This document shows positions 1-12,712 of a stretch of DNA of 64,000 nt, one piece after another. Source of the DNA: Mobula hypostoma (taxonomy: Eukaryota); the NCBI RefSeq assembly GCF_963921235.1, contig NC_086108.1:27220001-27284000 (forward strand). Reading direction: 5' to 3'. The notes below the pieces were generated by a model that saw nothing but the letters and a program-made list of their open reading frames with translations, did not search any database and was not told where the DNA came from. Both the position numbers and the translations under genes were made by a program. How positions within the stretch are numbered: position 1 is the stretch's first letter; every line of letters begins with the position of its first letter.

Positions 1-911
1 TCAAAATGCTGACTGTTTATTCCTCTCCATTGATGCTACCTGACCTGCTGAGTTCCAGCAGTATTTTGTGGATTTCCAGCATCTGCAGAATCTCATTTCT
101 TTATTCAATGGCCGAAGCTGGTTTCACAGAAAGAGAGGAATGAGGCAGAGGCATAATTTCTACAGAAGAATGACTATTTAAACTTGGAGGCCTTGATGAA
201 CCATGAAGTAACAGGTATGATATAACCAGTATATAATGCAAACGGTAGTGATAGTGAGCAGGTGAGATAGAGGCAATGGAGCTTTGAATGAATGAATGGA
301 GACTTAAAGAATGGGTCAGTCAGACGAACATTGCATCTGTCAAACTTTAAAGATACTGAAGAAATCTATAGTATTTCTAAGCTGTGTCATTTTCTATGTA
401 TCTTCAGGATGTCCCTTAATGTTTCATAGCCATCATGGTACAAAACAATCTATTGAACTAAGTGAGTTAAGCAATGTCTGTCTGTCAGTGTTTTGAGTTG
501 AAACCCTACATCAGTCACTGAGGCAGCTCAGTCCACTGAGTTCCTGCAGCAGGTTCAGTGTTGCTTCAGATTTCAGCACCTGCAGTCTGTTCTGATCCCA
601 AATTACAAAACACATCAGCTAATTTATGACAAAGTAGTATGAGTTCAGCTAATTAGTTCTTGCCACTATTCATTGAGATATGGTGTGAGCCATGACATCA
701 CAGCGACCTCACTCTTCCCACTTCCACCTCTCCCACCATGTTTCAGCTTCCCTAATGATCTTCCCCTCTCTGACCCTGAACAATCAACACTCAGTTTTGT
801 CCTTGTGTCCCTACCTTGGTGAGTTCCAATGTTGGCATGATATTGATTTTCCATCTCCTCTGCCTTCATGACTAATCCTTTAACCAGGAGTCCTCAACAT
901 TTCTCCCATCT

Positions 912-1318
912 CCCAATTGCCCACCACTGAGAATATCTACCATAAACGCTGCCTAGGCAGGGCGAAAAGCATTATCAGGGATGCATCTCACCCCAACCAT
1001 GGACTTTTTACTCTCCTCCCATCCAGTAGGCACTACAGGAGCCTCCACTCCCGCACCAGCAGGCACGGGAAGAACTTCTTCCCTGAGGCTGTAACACTGC
1101 TGAACCTCTCATCACAGCACTAAGCAGTATTGCATCTGTATTGTACTGTCTTAGTACTTTTATATTTGTGTGCTGTAGCACATTTTTATTCGCAGTTATT
1201 TTGTAAATAACACTATTCTTTGCATTTCTGGTCAGATGCTAAATGCATTTCATTGGCTTTGTATCTGTACTCTGCACAATGATAATAAAGTTGAATCTAA
1301 TCTAATCTAATCTAATCT
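912..1318 (+). mobile_element. Rex1/Babar-type LINE, 3' fragment
   Basis: C-terminal peptide 'IIRDASHPNHGLFTLLPSSRHYRSL', 3'UTR and (AATCT)n tail; closely similar to 9393-9787 and 56222-56617. Confidence 0.85.
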
Positions 1319-1924
1319 CCAGAATTCCACATGTGTTATTGTTGTCATTTTCCCTCAGCTTGCATATTCTAGTCACCTAGAAAGGTCCCAAAACAGTATG
1401 TCACCCAGCATCACCCTTTCAGAGGCACAGTATGTATTTTGTTCTGTCCATCTCTGCCACCTAAAACTAAAATTATCCTGTTTTGACTAATTAGCAGTTC
1501 CAGAAATGAAATATCAATTTCTTTTTCCATAGACACTGCCTGACTTTTGAGTATTTTCAGAACTTCCTGTCTTTATTTCAGATAGCCAGTAGCTACAGTA
1601 TTCTTTTCTCCCTCAGTTGGTCAAAGTAATTGGGTCACCTTAATGAGGTAGCAAGGATGGAAACCATATGGCTAGATGCAAACAAAGTTTTATACAAAAA
1701 ATGAGCTGAGATCTGGCAGTTTGTTCAAGGACTTTGGAGTGATAGGAAGGATTAGAGTCCAGGAAGTTTATATACAAGGGTATAAGGATTAAGAATATGT
1801 GTGCAGAGGAGACATCAATTTAAAAAGGGAAAGATAACAAATGAGAAGTGTTGGAGCCTCTTAGATAACATGGGCTCAAGAAAGGAAGTTGAGTGCTTGG
1901 GGATGCGCATAAGCGGACAAGAGA

Positions 1925-3010
1925 TTGAGGAAGCATTAGCAATGATCTTTCAAGAATCACTAGGTTCTGGAATGGTTCCGGAGGACCTGAAAATTGCAAT
2001 TGTCACTACACTCTAAGAAGGATGGAGGCAAAAGACAGGAAATTATAGGCCAGTTAGCCTGACTTCAGTGGTTGGCAAGACCACTGTGGTTGAAGGGGGA
2101 ATAGAGTTAGAAAGAAGTGGATCACTTCTGGTTGGTTGCTGGTGACTACTTGCGTTCTTCAGGAGTCAGAGTTGAGACTGATTCTTCTCACATCATATGT
2201 CAATGATTTGCATGAAGGAATTAATGGCTTTGTGGCCATGTTTATAGACAATACCAAGATAAGTGGAAGGGCAGGTTGTGCTGACAAAGCAGGGAGCTGA
2301 GGAAGGACTTAGGCAAGTTAGGGGAATTGGCAAAGAAATGGCAGATGGAATGGAATACAGTGTAGGCAAATATATGTTCATGTACTTTGGTAGAAGGAAT
2401 AAAGGCATAGTCTATTCTCTAAATAGAGAACAAATTCAGAAATCAGAGGTGCATAGGGTCTTGGGAGTCCTCATGCAGGATTCCGTAAAGGTTAACTTGC
2501 AGGTTGAATCAGTGGTAAGGAAGGCAAACACAATGTTAGCATTCATTTCAAAAGAACAAGCATATGAAAGCAAGAATGCTAATGGCTCTGGACCCATTCT
2601 TGCTAGAATTTAGAAGAGTGAGGGAGGATCTCATTGAAACCTATCAAATATTGAAATTACTATATAGAGTGGAGTAGGAGAGGATGTTTCCTATGGTAGG
2701 GGATCCTAGGTTCAGAAATCACAGCCTTTGAATACAAGGATTTCCCTTTAGTACAGAGATGAGGAATTTCTTCAGCCAGAGAGCTGTGAATCTATGGAAT
2801 TAATTGCCCAAGATGGCTGTGGAGGCCAAGTCATTGGGTATATTTAAAGCAGAGGTACATTGGTTCTTGATTATTAAGGATATCAAAGGCTATTGGGAGA
2901 AAGCTGGAGGATGGAGTTGGGTGGGATAATAAATCAACTGTGATGGAATGGTGGACCAAACTTGATGGGCTGATTGGCCTAATTCTGCTCCCACGCCTTC
3001 TGCTTTTATG
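1925..3010 (+). mobile_element. Degenerate CR1 LINE (RT and 3' end, internal deletions)
   Basis: Peptides 'EALAMIFQESLGSGMVPED' and 'VNLQVESVVRKANTMLAFIS'; CR1-type 3'UTR; similar to 17012-19430. Confidence 0.85.
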
Positions 3011-3710
3011 GATTTGGACATGGATGTACTGGTCACACTGAGAGCACAAGAGTTGTGAGGAGAAACTGGACAGCATTTGCTTAGAGGGCATGGATGAGGA
3101 GCAATGCAGCAGCCGGTAGGTGACTTCAGCCGTTGTTAATAAGAAATCCTTGCATACCCCGAAGCTGCTATTTCATGCATTGACATAAATGCAAAGGATA
3201 TGATGCTAAGGGGATCCTTGCTTGAGTAACAGATACTGGGGTTTGCATTGTTCTCAAAAATAAACTCTGGACCAGTGGCTCTGACAATAAGACCTGCAGT
3301 GTGTAATTTATGGTCAACCTAGGGCAAGTAATGGCCAATGAAAGTGAGCATGTTCATTTGTGTCGTCTGTTTTGGGCAACTTGCCCCAGCCTGGGATTCA
3401 AAGGCCTTCCAACTAACCAGTTATAACAGAAGGTGGACAGTCCTTTGTACTTAAATCACTTGGATGATCATCTGCAAATGTATATTGAGAAACTGCAGGG
3501 AGAGAGAAAGCAGCAAAGTCAAACAGATATGAGCAATCAAATAGAACAGCAAACTGGAATGTGCAAAGGACTGTATCTTTATCCGTCTAATTTTCTAGAG
3601 CAAGCAATTGAAATTAAATTGAATCAGGTCTTGCTGTTCTCTTCTTCTGCTCCTCAGACTTATTTTCACAACTTCCGCCTTTCATGCATTCCCAATGCCA
3701 CTCCCTTTAA

Positions 3711-3808
3711 CAACACACATAAAATGCTGGAGGAACTCAGCAGGTCAAACAGCATTTATGGAGAGGAATAAACAGTTAGGTTTCGGGCTCAGACCCTTTA
3801 TTAGGATC
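3711..3808 (-). repeat. Penelope terminal-repeat-derived short repeat with decayed hammerhead core
   Basis: 'cacacataaaatgctggaggaactcagcaggtc...gtttcgggctcagaccctt' resembles the Penelope terminus at 49608-49700. Confidence 0.7.
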
Positions 3809-4005
3809 TCTCTGTCTTATCCAGTGTGTACAATATGTCGGATTTACAATCCAAGCCACTCCCAATGATCACTCCCAATGAAACACAATTTAAGCTAGCA
3901 GTGACATAAAAAGAAACCATAAAAGCTCTAATAATACAGTGTCCTTAAATTTGTGGTAATCCCGGATTAACAGATTGCCTATATTTTTGGATGCTTCTTC
4001 CAATA

Positions 4006-5318
4006 CAGGTGGCCCCCGTTTTCCGAACGTTCGCTCTATGACACCTCGCTGTTACGAAAGACCTACATTATTTACCTGTTTTCGCGAACAGAAGATGTTT
4101 TCACTGTTATGAAAAGAGGCAGCACACGCCCGAACAGCCAAGCTCCTCCCCCGGAACTGCATTCTAGCCGCTATTGCTTAAACACGTGCTTTATCTCGAT
4201 TTATTTTGTGCATCCGTTAGCAAGATGAGTTCTAAGGTATCAGAAAAGCCTAAAAGAGCTTGTAAGGGTGTTACACTTAGCGTAAAACCAGGCATAATTC
4301 AGCATTTCGATCATAGTGAACAAAGTAAGGACCTTGTCCGCATGTTGAACTTGCCTGCATCCACCATTCGCACTATTTATACGCAGAGAGAAAGAATTTT
4401 GAAAGCTGCCGATGTTACTGTTGGTTCTGCTCGTAGCAAAGTGGTCTCTCTTAGTTGGCATCCAATAATGGATAAAATGGAAAGTAATTGCTTGAGTGGA
4501 TTGATGGGTGTACGAAGTGTGGTGTTCCGTTAAGTTTTCTTATACTTGAGAAATCAGTCAGTCTTTTTAATAAGCTGAAACAGAAAGCACTGGACGATGG
4601 TGATAAAAGTGTTGCAAAAGTGGAATTTAAAGGTAGTCATGGGTGGTTTGATTGGTTTCTGAGGCAGCTTCATAGTTTAAGCGGTGGTCCCTAACCTCCG
4701 GGCCGCGAAGAATGCAGTGGTGCAGTGGTAGTCGGGACGCACATAGCACATCTTTAAGAAAAAAGCTGAAATAAACAAACTAATTAATTAGATGCCGCCC
4801 GGTACGTAAATGTTGGCCCAGATCAGAGGCAATTGCCGATTGTGTCAGGTGGTTATTTGTATAAGCAAATGTTTAACTGTGATGAAACTGCAATTTATTG
4901 GAGTCTTCCGGATTCCAGTAAGTGAAACTACACTGTACATACATTATTTCTACTTTATATAGGCTGTGTATTTTTATGTGTTATTTAGTATGATTTGGCA
5001 GCTTCATAACTTAAAGGTTACTGGAGAGAGTGTTTCTGCCGAGAGCGCTTCCATGAGATTTTCGCTGCGCTAGACAGTGCTGCAGAAAAGTATTTTTACT
5101 TTATATAAGCTGTGTATTTATCATATCATTCCTGCTTTTAGTATATGTTACTGCTATTTTAGGTTTTATGTGTTATTTGGCATGATTTTGTAGGTTATTT
5201 TTTGGGTCTGGGAATGCTCAAAAATTAATAAATGGTAATTGCTTATTCACTTTAGGACATTCCAGCTTACGAACCGTTTCATAGGAACACTCTACCTTCA
5301 GATAGTGGGGGAAACCTG
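4006..5318 (+). mobile_element. Tigger/pogo-like DNA transposon, internally deleted
   Basis: TA|CAGGT...ACCTG|TA termini; transposase N-terminal fragments; 'FNCDETAIYW'-like remnant near 4871. Confidence 0.85.
4225..4680 (+). pseudogene. Tigger transposase N-terminus (HTH and CENP-B-like domains), frameshifted
   Basis: ORFs 4174-4533 and 4488-4694: 'LNLPASTIRTIYTQRERIL', 'EFKGSHGWFDWF'. Confidence 0.8.
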
Positions 5319-5570
5319 TAATACCTAAACATAGTGGTAAAATATATTTTAAGGTGAGCACAGTCTAGCAGCAAGTCACTTTTCTTGTGATTGCAAGATC
5401 CTGCTGGACATTGTTAATGTGGAATGCTGCATGTCTGATTCACTGATTTATTGTTGGATGCCAAGGGCAGATAGATAGGTAGATAGATACTTTATTGATC
5501 CCCAAAAAAAATACAGTGAAGTAGTAGCATTACCAGTGCACAGATATACTGATATATCAATATTAGAAGT

Positions 5571-5833
5571 GAAAAGGAAAGGGTCGTCACATCCGGAGTA
5601 TCTCCAGTTAGCGGATGATTTCCCGCCCTGCCTCTCTGATGTAGTGGGGAACCGCGTACAAGGCAAGTTACAGCAGTGGTTTGCCATTGGCTTCTGCCGG
5701 GTGAGTTTCCAAAGAGATCACCAGCTCGTAACCCAGCACGGGTGGAAAGCATGCATGGGTGCCGGCTGGATTTGAACTCGGGACCTTTTGTATCGAAGTC
5801 TGGCGCTGATACGACAATGCACCCAGCCAGGTC
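5571..5833 (-). mobile_element. tRNA-head SINE with RTE-like body
   Basis: 10-bp TSD TATTAGAAGT (5561-5570, 5834-5843); B-box-like GAGTTCAAATCC on the minus strand; RTE-like 'caatggcaaaccactgc' motif; interrupts a LINE-tail-like repeat starting with (AGAT)n near 5469. Confidence 0.7.
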
Positions 5834-6151
5834 TATTAGAAGTAAGAAAGAATAAAAAATAAGTTACCTCAAACAGTCTAACAAGCAGGGGAGCTGTGTG
5901 ATATCAGTCATAGCAAGGAAAAGGCCTCAAGTTGCGGTGTCGCCTGTTTATAGCCACCCATTACTGGCAGTGCTGTCCCAGTGTTCGCTCTTCAGGAGGC
6001 AAGCCATATTGTGTTTAACCGCAGACTGCTGCAACATTCATGGACCCAGGGTGTGACTGTATTTCAGTGATACAAGCACCAACTATTCCTCCCTTACATT
6101 TAATTTTCTTTGCTCTACCCCTTGCTCACACTCCCTTTCACAAGGGTGCAC

Positions 6152-7440
6152 TGTTATGATCCAAGTCCAGAGGGAGAGATACTGGAACAGATGAACAGTT
6201 CACTGACTTTTAATAACTGTGCAGAATTAAAGGCAAAACACTAAACACTAGGCCAACAAAGCCATTAACTAAAACCCTCAAACTGAAATCTAACATTAAC
6301 ACCGCTGCTCAGAAGCTGTCACTGATCACTAAACAAATACCTCTTCTTTACAGCATCAATCAAAGTGGAAATCTTCTTTCTTGGAATAAGGACAAGGGTA
6401 AGCGCTGCTGTGCTTTTGGTCAAGACTCATCAAGACTGAAACAAGAGGAAGGGAGTCAACTGCCTCCGCAATGAAACACTACTTAGCTGTAATGTGCATA
6501 TTCACAATTGTGTTTGCCCAGTGGAGCAGCCCACCTATGAGGGCATCCAGATCCCGCAGCAGAATTTGTGATTTTGACAGGACCCCTCCGCAGGTGCAGA
6601 GCTGTGCCCACTGGAAACCCCAGATGAGAGACTTATCCAGGATATCACAGGCCGGAGCCCAACAACATCTCTAAGAACCATACCCCTCCCAATCCACAAG
6701 ATACTGGACCCTGCCCACACTTGGCAAAATGCCAGAATCTTCACTGATGCTGGTGGCACAGTCTATATGAGTCTTTGTTGATCACCTTCTGAACTCCAAA
6801 TGGTCCCATGTAACATGGGGCCAACTTGCGTTTCTCAACTTACAAAGGAAGATCTGTGGCTGCCAGCCGGGTTTTCTCTCCTGGCTTGAGGGGTCTCACT
6901 TGTCAGCGGAGTTAACGCCGGGTCCGTTGTCAGCTGTTCTCTTTCCACCGGTTCATTTTCTTTGTGGTTGAGCCTTGCTGACAAGCATGTGTGGTTATGG
7001 CCCACGTGAAGAGGGAGAGACACTGGAGTGGATGAACTGGTCACTGACTTTTAATAAGAACTGTGCAGAATTAAAGGAAACACAATAAATGCTAGGCCAA
7101 CAGGACTGTAAACTAAAACTCTCAAACTGAAAGCTAACACCAATACCACAGCCCAGAAGCAGTAATTTAACACTAAATGAATACCATTCCTTTACAGCAT
7201 CTATCTAAGTGGTAGTCTTCTCTCCCAGAACAAGGACAAAGGTAAGCAGGGCATGTTGACATTGCAGTGCTTTTGTCAATGCTGGACAAGACTGAAATGA
7301 GAAGAAGGGAGTTAAATGGCACCATGAAGAATCACTAATCATTTAGAATGTGCATACACACAAGTGTGATTGCTGACACTGTTTAGCGGCCTACCCTATG
7401 GGGGCACCCAGATCCCATGGCAGAGTCCATGGTTATGACA
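6152..7440 (-). mobile_element. Internally deleted sushi/chromovirus-like Gypsy: LTR, gag start, chromodomain, PPT, LTR
   Basis: Diverged direct repeats 6152-6579 and 6979-7440; the minus strand at about 6630-6710 reads 'VQYLVDWEGYG...DILDKSL' (chromodomain); LTRs homologous to 58362-58795. Confidence 0.8.
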
Positions 7441-7532
7441 CCCTTTGCACTATGATAATGATTTTAACTGCTGTAAAACCTGAGCACTGTATCTTTGGTC
7501 TACTCACCTCACATAAAAAAGAATGGAAACAC

Positions 7533-7785
7533 AGCAACACACACAAAGTACTTGAGGAAACCAACAGGTCAGTCAGCATCAATGGAGGGAAACAAATAAT
7601 CACCTGAGACCCTTCATTGGAAAGGAAGAGAGCAGAAGTCAGAATAAAAGGGAGAGCTGGCAGGAGGCCAACTGAGGGTAAAGGTAAAGTGGACGGGGGA
7701 GGGGAATGAAAAGGAATAATGTGAGAAACTAGGAGATGACAGGTGGAAGAGGTCAAGGGCTGAAAAGGAAGGAATCTACAATCTG
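7533..7785 (-). repeat. Penelope 3'/terminal-repeat-derived relic
   Basis: 'cacacacaaagtacttgaggaaaccaacaggtcagtcagcatc...gagacccttca' followed by a purine-rich tract, as at 49608-49990. Confidence 0.65.
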
Positions 7786-8889
7786 CTTCTGTAGAGTAAG
7801 CTGCCACACACACAAAAAATACTGAGTATTATCAAATAATGTCTCTACAATGTCGTGTATGAGGTCAGCACTGGGAAAGACACTAGGCTGTTATCGTCGC
7901 AGCTCTTTTACAGATTAGTTTTACAACATCTAATCCAAACAGCTGAGAGGGTAAGTATAGCCTTCATTTACCACCTCATCTTTCCAAAAGGATAGGGCTC
8001 TACAGGAGTGAGATTAAAACCCATGACTTTCCAACTCAGAGCAGAAGTGTTACCTACTGAGCTGTGAGAAAGAAAGTAAAGAGAAAAGGCAATCTGTGCA
8101 ATACTTCGCCACATTCTCAGAATATCATTACAACTGATGAACTATTTATTTTGAAACACAGTTAATTCTGATAGTTAAGAGAATGCAGAGATTACAGTGA
8201 TAGAAAATGAGTCCACACAACTATAGAAGATTATGCAATGAAATGTGCCATTTGGATTGTCATGTTATCTTCACTCATTGCTGGGGAGGATCACAGGCTG
8301 CTGTTCTTTCCTCAATTCCTAGTAGATCCTTCTACTCCCTCTTCCCTTCAATAATGCTATAATTTCTACTTTAATGATTTCCTATGCTGAGGTTTTCCAT
8401 AACTCAACAACATCCCAAAACTCTTATCAATCAATTTGAAATGCTTTATGATTCATACCCTCAAGATACCAAAGGAAGTATTCCTTCTCTCTTCATCTGA
8501 TCAATACACTGAACAAAGTGAAATACTTCTATTAAATCACCCCGTGCTTTACATCTCCAGTGGAATTAGTTTCTGCATTTCAAACCCCTTTATGAGGATT
8601 CATTTTCACTCATTCCTTAATATCTGCTGCATTGCTTTCTGCAGATCTCAGTGATGGAAGATCAACCCCAAGTCCCATCTCAGTTCCTTTTACTAATATA
8701 TCTATATCTATAATCTCTCTATCTATATATATAGAGACATATTGAGAACAATCGTAGTGAATTTTTTTCCAGACTCTTTATTTCTATCAAGTAGCTTTTA
8801 ATGAGTGCGGCACATTAAGAAAATTCACCTCTGTCCCAGGATACTGACGGACTTTTACCGCTGTACCATTGAGAGCATACTCACCAAAT

Positions 8890-9034
8890 CTTCTCCATGG
8901 ATTGTCACCTTGTCGCGGTGGAGAAGCTTGTGTGGTCCTGAGATCCCGAGAGCGATGCCGTCTGGAGCTACGCTCCTGGTAGGGTCACCCATGGTGGTAA
9001 GGTCGAGGGTGAGGTTCCTGATAAAGAACAATCC
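8890..9034 (+). ncRNA. Candidate HDV-like ribozyme fold (probably inactive copy)
   Basis: P1 CTTCTCC 8890-8896 / GGAGAAG 8920-8926; P2 GGATTGT 8899-8905 / ACAATCC 9028-9034; P3 ACC 8907-8909 / GGT 8917-8919 around a 7-nt L3 TTGTCGC; A-rich J4/2. Confidence 0.55.
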
Positions 9035-9298
9035 AACCAAGACCTCAATGGTGGAACAGACGGATGAAGTTACTTCGAACTCAACGACTGTGAAGGTGGA
9101 TGGAGGCTGCAACAAATCCATCAGCTCCAATCGTCATGGTTTCCATGCCATTGGAATCAATTGGTTGATTTGTGAAGTATCGTGTCCTTCTTGGAGTGCA
9201 ACAGCAAGTACGTATTAAACAAATGCACGCACAGGTGTCTTCGCTCTGTACGGAATGAAGACAATCATCTTCGACCTTGAGGGATAGCCACGACAATG
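8890..9298 (+). mobile_element. Non-autonomous RTE-clade element (5'UTR fused to 3' end)
   Basis: 11-bp TSD ACTCACCAAAT (8879-8889, 9299-9309); 5' part resembles RTE/BovB-type 5'UTRs ('ccttgtcgcggtgg', 'gtagggtcaccca'); RTE-like 3' end 'gagggatagccacgacaatg'. Confidence 0.75.
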
Positions 9299-10009
9299 AC
9301 TCACCAAATGCATCTCAGTGTGGTATGGCAATTGTCCAGTATGGCAAAGCACTCCAGCATGTGGTGAAAACTACCCAGCGGATTATCGGCACCCAATTGC
9401 CCACCATTGAGAACATCAACCATGAACACTGCCTGGGCAGGACGAAAAGCATTATCAAGGATGCATCTCACCCCAACCATGGACTTTTTACTCTCCTCCC
9501 ATCTGGTAGGCGCTACAGGAGCCTCCGCTCCCGCACCAGCAGGCACAGGAAGAGCTTCTTCCCTGAGGCTGTGACCCCGCTAAACCTCACATCACAGCGC
9601 TAAGCAGTATTGCACCCATATTGAACTCTCTCAGTACTTTTATATTTGTGTGTTGTAACACTTATTTTTATTCACAGTTATTTTGTAAATAACACTATTC
9701 TTTGCATTTCTGGTCAGATGCTAAATGCATTTCATTGGCTTTGTATCTGTACTCGGCACAATGACAATAAAGTTGAATCTAATCTAATTTAATATAGGGT
9801 GGACATTGTATAAGCAGCCATATCTGATGCTTTCAAAGTCAGTTACTGTGTGTTTCAGTGGAAATTTTTTGTTTGCTAAAATCACTTTATTTTTTTGGAA
9901 TTTAAATATTTTACTGTGTCTCTTACTATTTGTTATTGATTTTAAAGCATGTTTATGTCTATTTGAGGGGTATATGGGGTTCAAAATATACGTGATAGTG
10001 GAATCTTTC

Positions 10010-10300
10010 TTCTCAGGTCTTCTGTCCTCTCCTATCAGATTCTCCCTTCTCCAGCATTTTATTTTTTTCACCAATTAACTTCCAAGCTCTTTACACCAAC
10101 CCCTCCCACTCCTCTGGTTTCTCCTATCACCTACCACCTTGTGCTTCATCCTCCCCTCATCCCCTCCCCCCCCCATTACTCTGACTTCTCCTTTTCCTTT
10201 CCAGTCCTGATGAAGGGTTTTGGGACAAAACGTATACTGTTCACACTTTTCCATAGATGCTGCCTGACCTGCTGAGTTCCTCCAACATTTTGTGTGTGTT
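10010..10300 (+). repeat. Penelope 3'/terminal-repeat-derived relic with CTGATGA core
   Basis: Pyrimidine-rich tract followed by 'agtcCTGATGAaggg...aaaacgtatactg...gatgctgcctgacctgctgagttcctcc'. Confidence 0.75.
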
Positions 10301-12456
10301 AGTCTTATCTGTGTTGGCTGTTATCTGTCCCTATCTGTCATCAACAATGAGGCCTTATTGTAATCATCTTCAGGAAGTTGTGAATATGATTATTCTTGCT
10401 CAGACCACATCTGGGAGATAATGTCTGGTTTTATTCATCACACCTCAGCAAGTGAAGATTACACAATGTACTGTAAATGAATGTGTTAAAAATGGGTTAC
10501 AAAGATTTGGCTTGTATTCTCTTGAACGAAGATGGTTGAACTGATTTTTTTTTGGCAGGCATCACATCCAAAAGATGGCACATCTGAGAGTGAATAGAAA
10601 AGGATTTGCATATTTGAATTTAAAATACATTCAACAGCTTGCCAAGCAACTTGTTCTTTCAAAATCATCATTTTATTCTGCAATTAGTGTGGGAAATTAA
10701 GAATTTGTCCCTGTATATCATCATTATTTGACCATTCCAACCATGGTCTTATTTTAATGTTATATTCCAATCATTTGCAATACGTTTTTCTGTATGAAAG
10801 ATGCAGAATATTCCAGAGACCCTGGATAAATGCTACCCTTTGGCACTGTTAACTGATTGTGCTGAGATTCCAGTGGAATATTAAAATACCACCATGAAAA
10901 CTCATCCCAAATTTTTCAATCAATTCCAAAAAGTTAAGTTATATTTGCCAGAGGTTTCATTTGTATGCAAGACTCTGCAATCGTTTTGAACTCAAAGGAA
11001 ATCACAGTGTAACTTGTTTTCCCAATTTTTTACCAGCAAACAAGAGAATGAAAATATTCTGCAAATGCAGAATCTCTTGAGTATGGAAATATTACCTATT
11101 TATGAGCTATATCCTTATTGTACAAACAACCATGGTAAATAATCTTAAGCATGGTTACATTGCACTGGTACCATAGCTGAAGGAAGATCTGACTCTTTAC
11201 AGGCTATTTAGATTCCCCTGCCAACCCCCAGGATCTCTACAGAACACTGATCTATCATCTAAATCCACCTCTCTTGTTGAATTATAATTTATTATTTCAC
11301 ATTTTTAATGTCATAGAAGAAGGTCATTTGGCAAGTCAACTCAGTGTTAATATCTCAGAACAATTTTACCAATCACATTCTCCTATTTATTTCACTAAAA
11401 CGTAATCTCTCTTACCTCCCATGAACAGCCCCAGATTTGCTCACTATCACATACGCCAAAGGAAAATTACAGAAAGCAATGAATGACACAGCAAGCGCTT
11501 CTGTGGGATGTGAGAGGACTGTTAGCTGAATTATATATGGTCACAAGCTCCCAACAGACAGCTCCCAAGATCAGAATTGCATCTGGTTTGCTGGAACTAT
11601 AAGTCAGCTTCACTATGCCCCCCTCCTCCCAACATTAGCACCAGGACCTTTGCTGAATTTGGCCCTTGTAGACTGCTGTATTCAGATTCACCATCTAATT
11701 CCAATTCACTGCTTTACCTCAGGTGGGAGTTTCAGATAATGACTTGCTGGACATTTCCCTCTCACTCCGCTTTGCTTTCCTCTAAAATAAATTCCAAGCA
11801 AAACCCAAACTAAACACACTTCAAGAGCATACTAGAGAGGACTCTTGCTCCTGATCAGTTCCCATTGTGGTCAACTACTTGTTCTTATCCACCTTTAGTT
11901 TGTCTTAATCACTATGCAAAGGGAACATTCTTCTTTATGTTTTATTAAATTTTATTTTATAGAATAAATCAAAAATTTATAAACTACTGCAATGAATAAT
12001 AAGCAGATTAATAATGAATTAGCTTGTTCTACTGTGGTTATAGCAAAGTGAGAAATTGCAACATTTGTTTTGTAAATTTTGTATTGGATAAGAGTGTAAC
12101 CAATTCTCTTTCACAAAAAAGTTACACCTTTGGATGCAAGAATCAAATTGAGCAAGTAAGCAGCTGATCATGGAATAATTAACATAGTTTATTATCTGAA
12201 AATCTCTTCACTAGCATTCAGGCAGTTTTAAACCTTTAATTCCCTGAGTGTGGTTCCTCATCTAAAATATTCCTTTTCCCTCTTTACACTTTGAATGAGT
12301 TAACCTGACTAGAGAGGAGCCAAATACTTCACCTCCTCTGAGAAAATTAGCTTGAGTAAGTGGCTGAAATCTCAATGGGAGATCATTTTGTGACCAGTGA
12401 TGGTAATTATATTATTTTAAAATAAATATGGAAAAAGATACAACTTGTCCACAAGT

Positions 12457-12702
12457 TAGCATAAGGGTTAGCACAACGCTTTACAGTAGAAGGAACCCAG
12501 GTTCAATTCCTGCTGCTGTCTGTAAGAAGCTTGTATGTCCTCCCCATGAAATCATGGGTTTCCTCCAGCGCTTCAGTTTGTAGTTTAATTAGTCATTACA
12601 AATGGTCTCGTAGTAAGGCTAGGGTTAAATTGGGGACTGCTGGGCAGTGCAGCTCGAAGAGCTGGAAGGGACTATTCCACGTTATATCTCAATAAATAAA
12701 TA
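12457..12702 (+). mobile_element. tRNA-derived V-type SINE, internally deleted
   Basis: B-box GGTTCAATTCC; V-domain-like 'ttgtatgtcctcccc...tgggtttcctcc'; (AATA)n tail. Confidence 0.7.
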
Positions 12703-12712
12703 CATGTATATT

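Larger units (their letters stand above)
8803..9787 (+). mobile_element. Rex1/Babar LINE 3' fragment interrupted by an RTE-derived insert
   Basis: 'HLCPRILTDFYRCTIESILT' matches 56070-56130; (AATCT)n tail. Confidence 0.85.

Noticed and set aside
12457..12515. tRNA gene
   Set aside because: A/B-box-like motifs belong to a SINE head and no complete cloverleaf is evident
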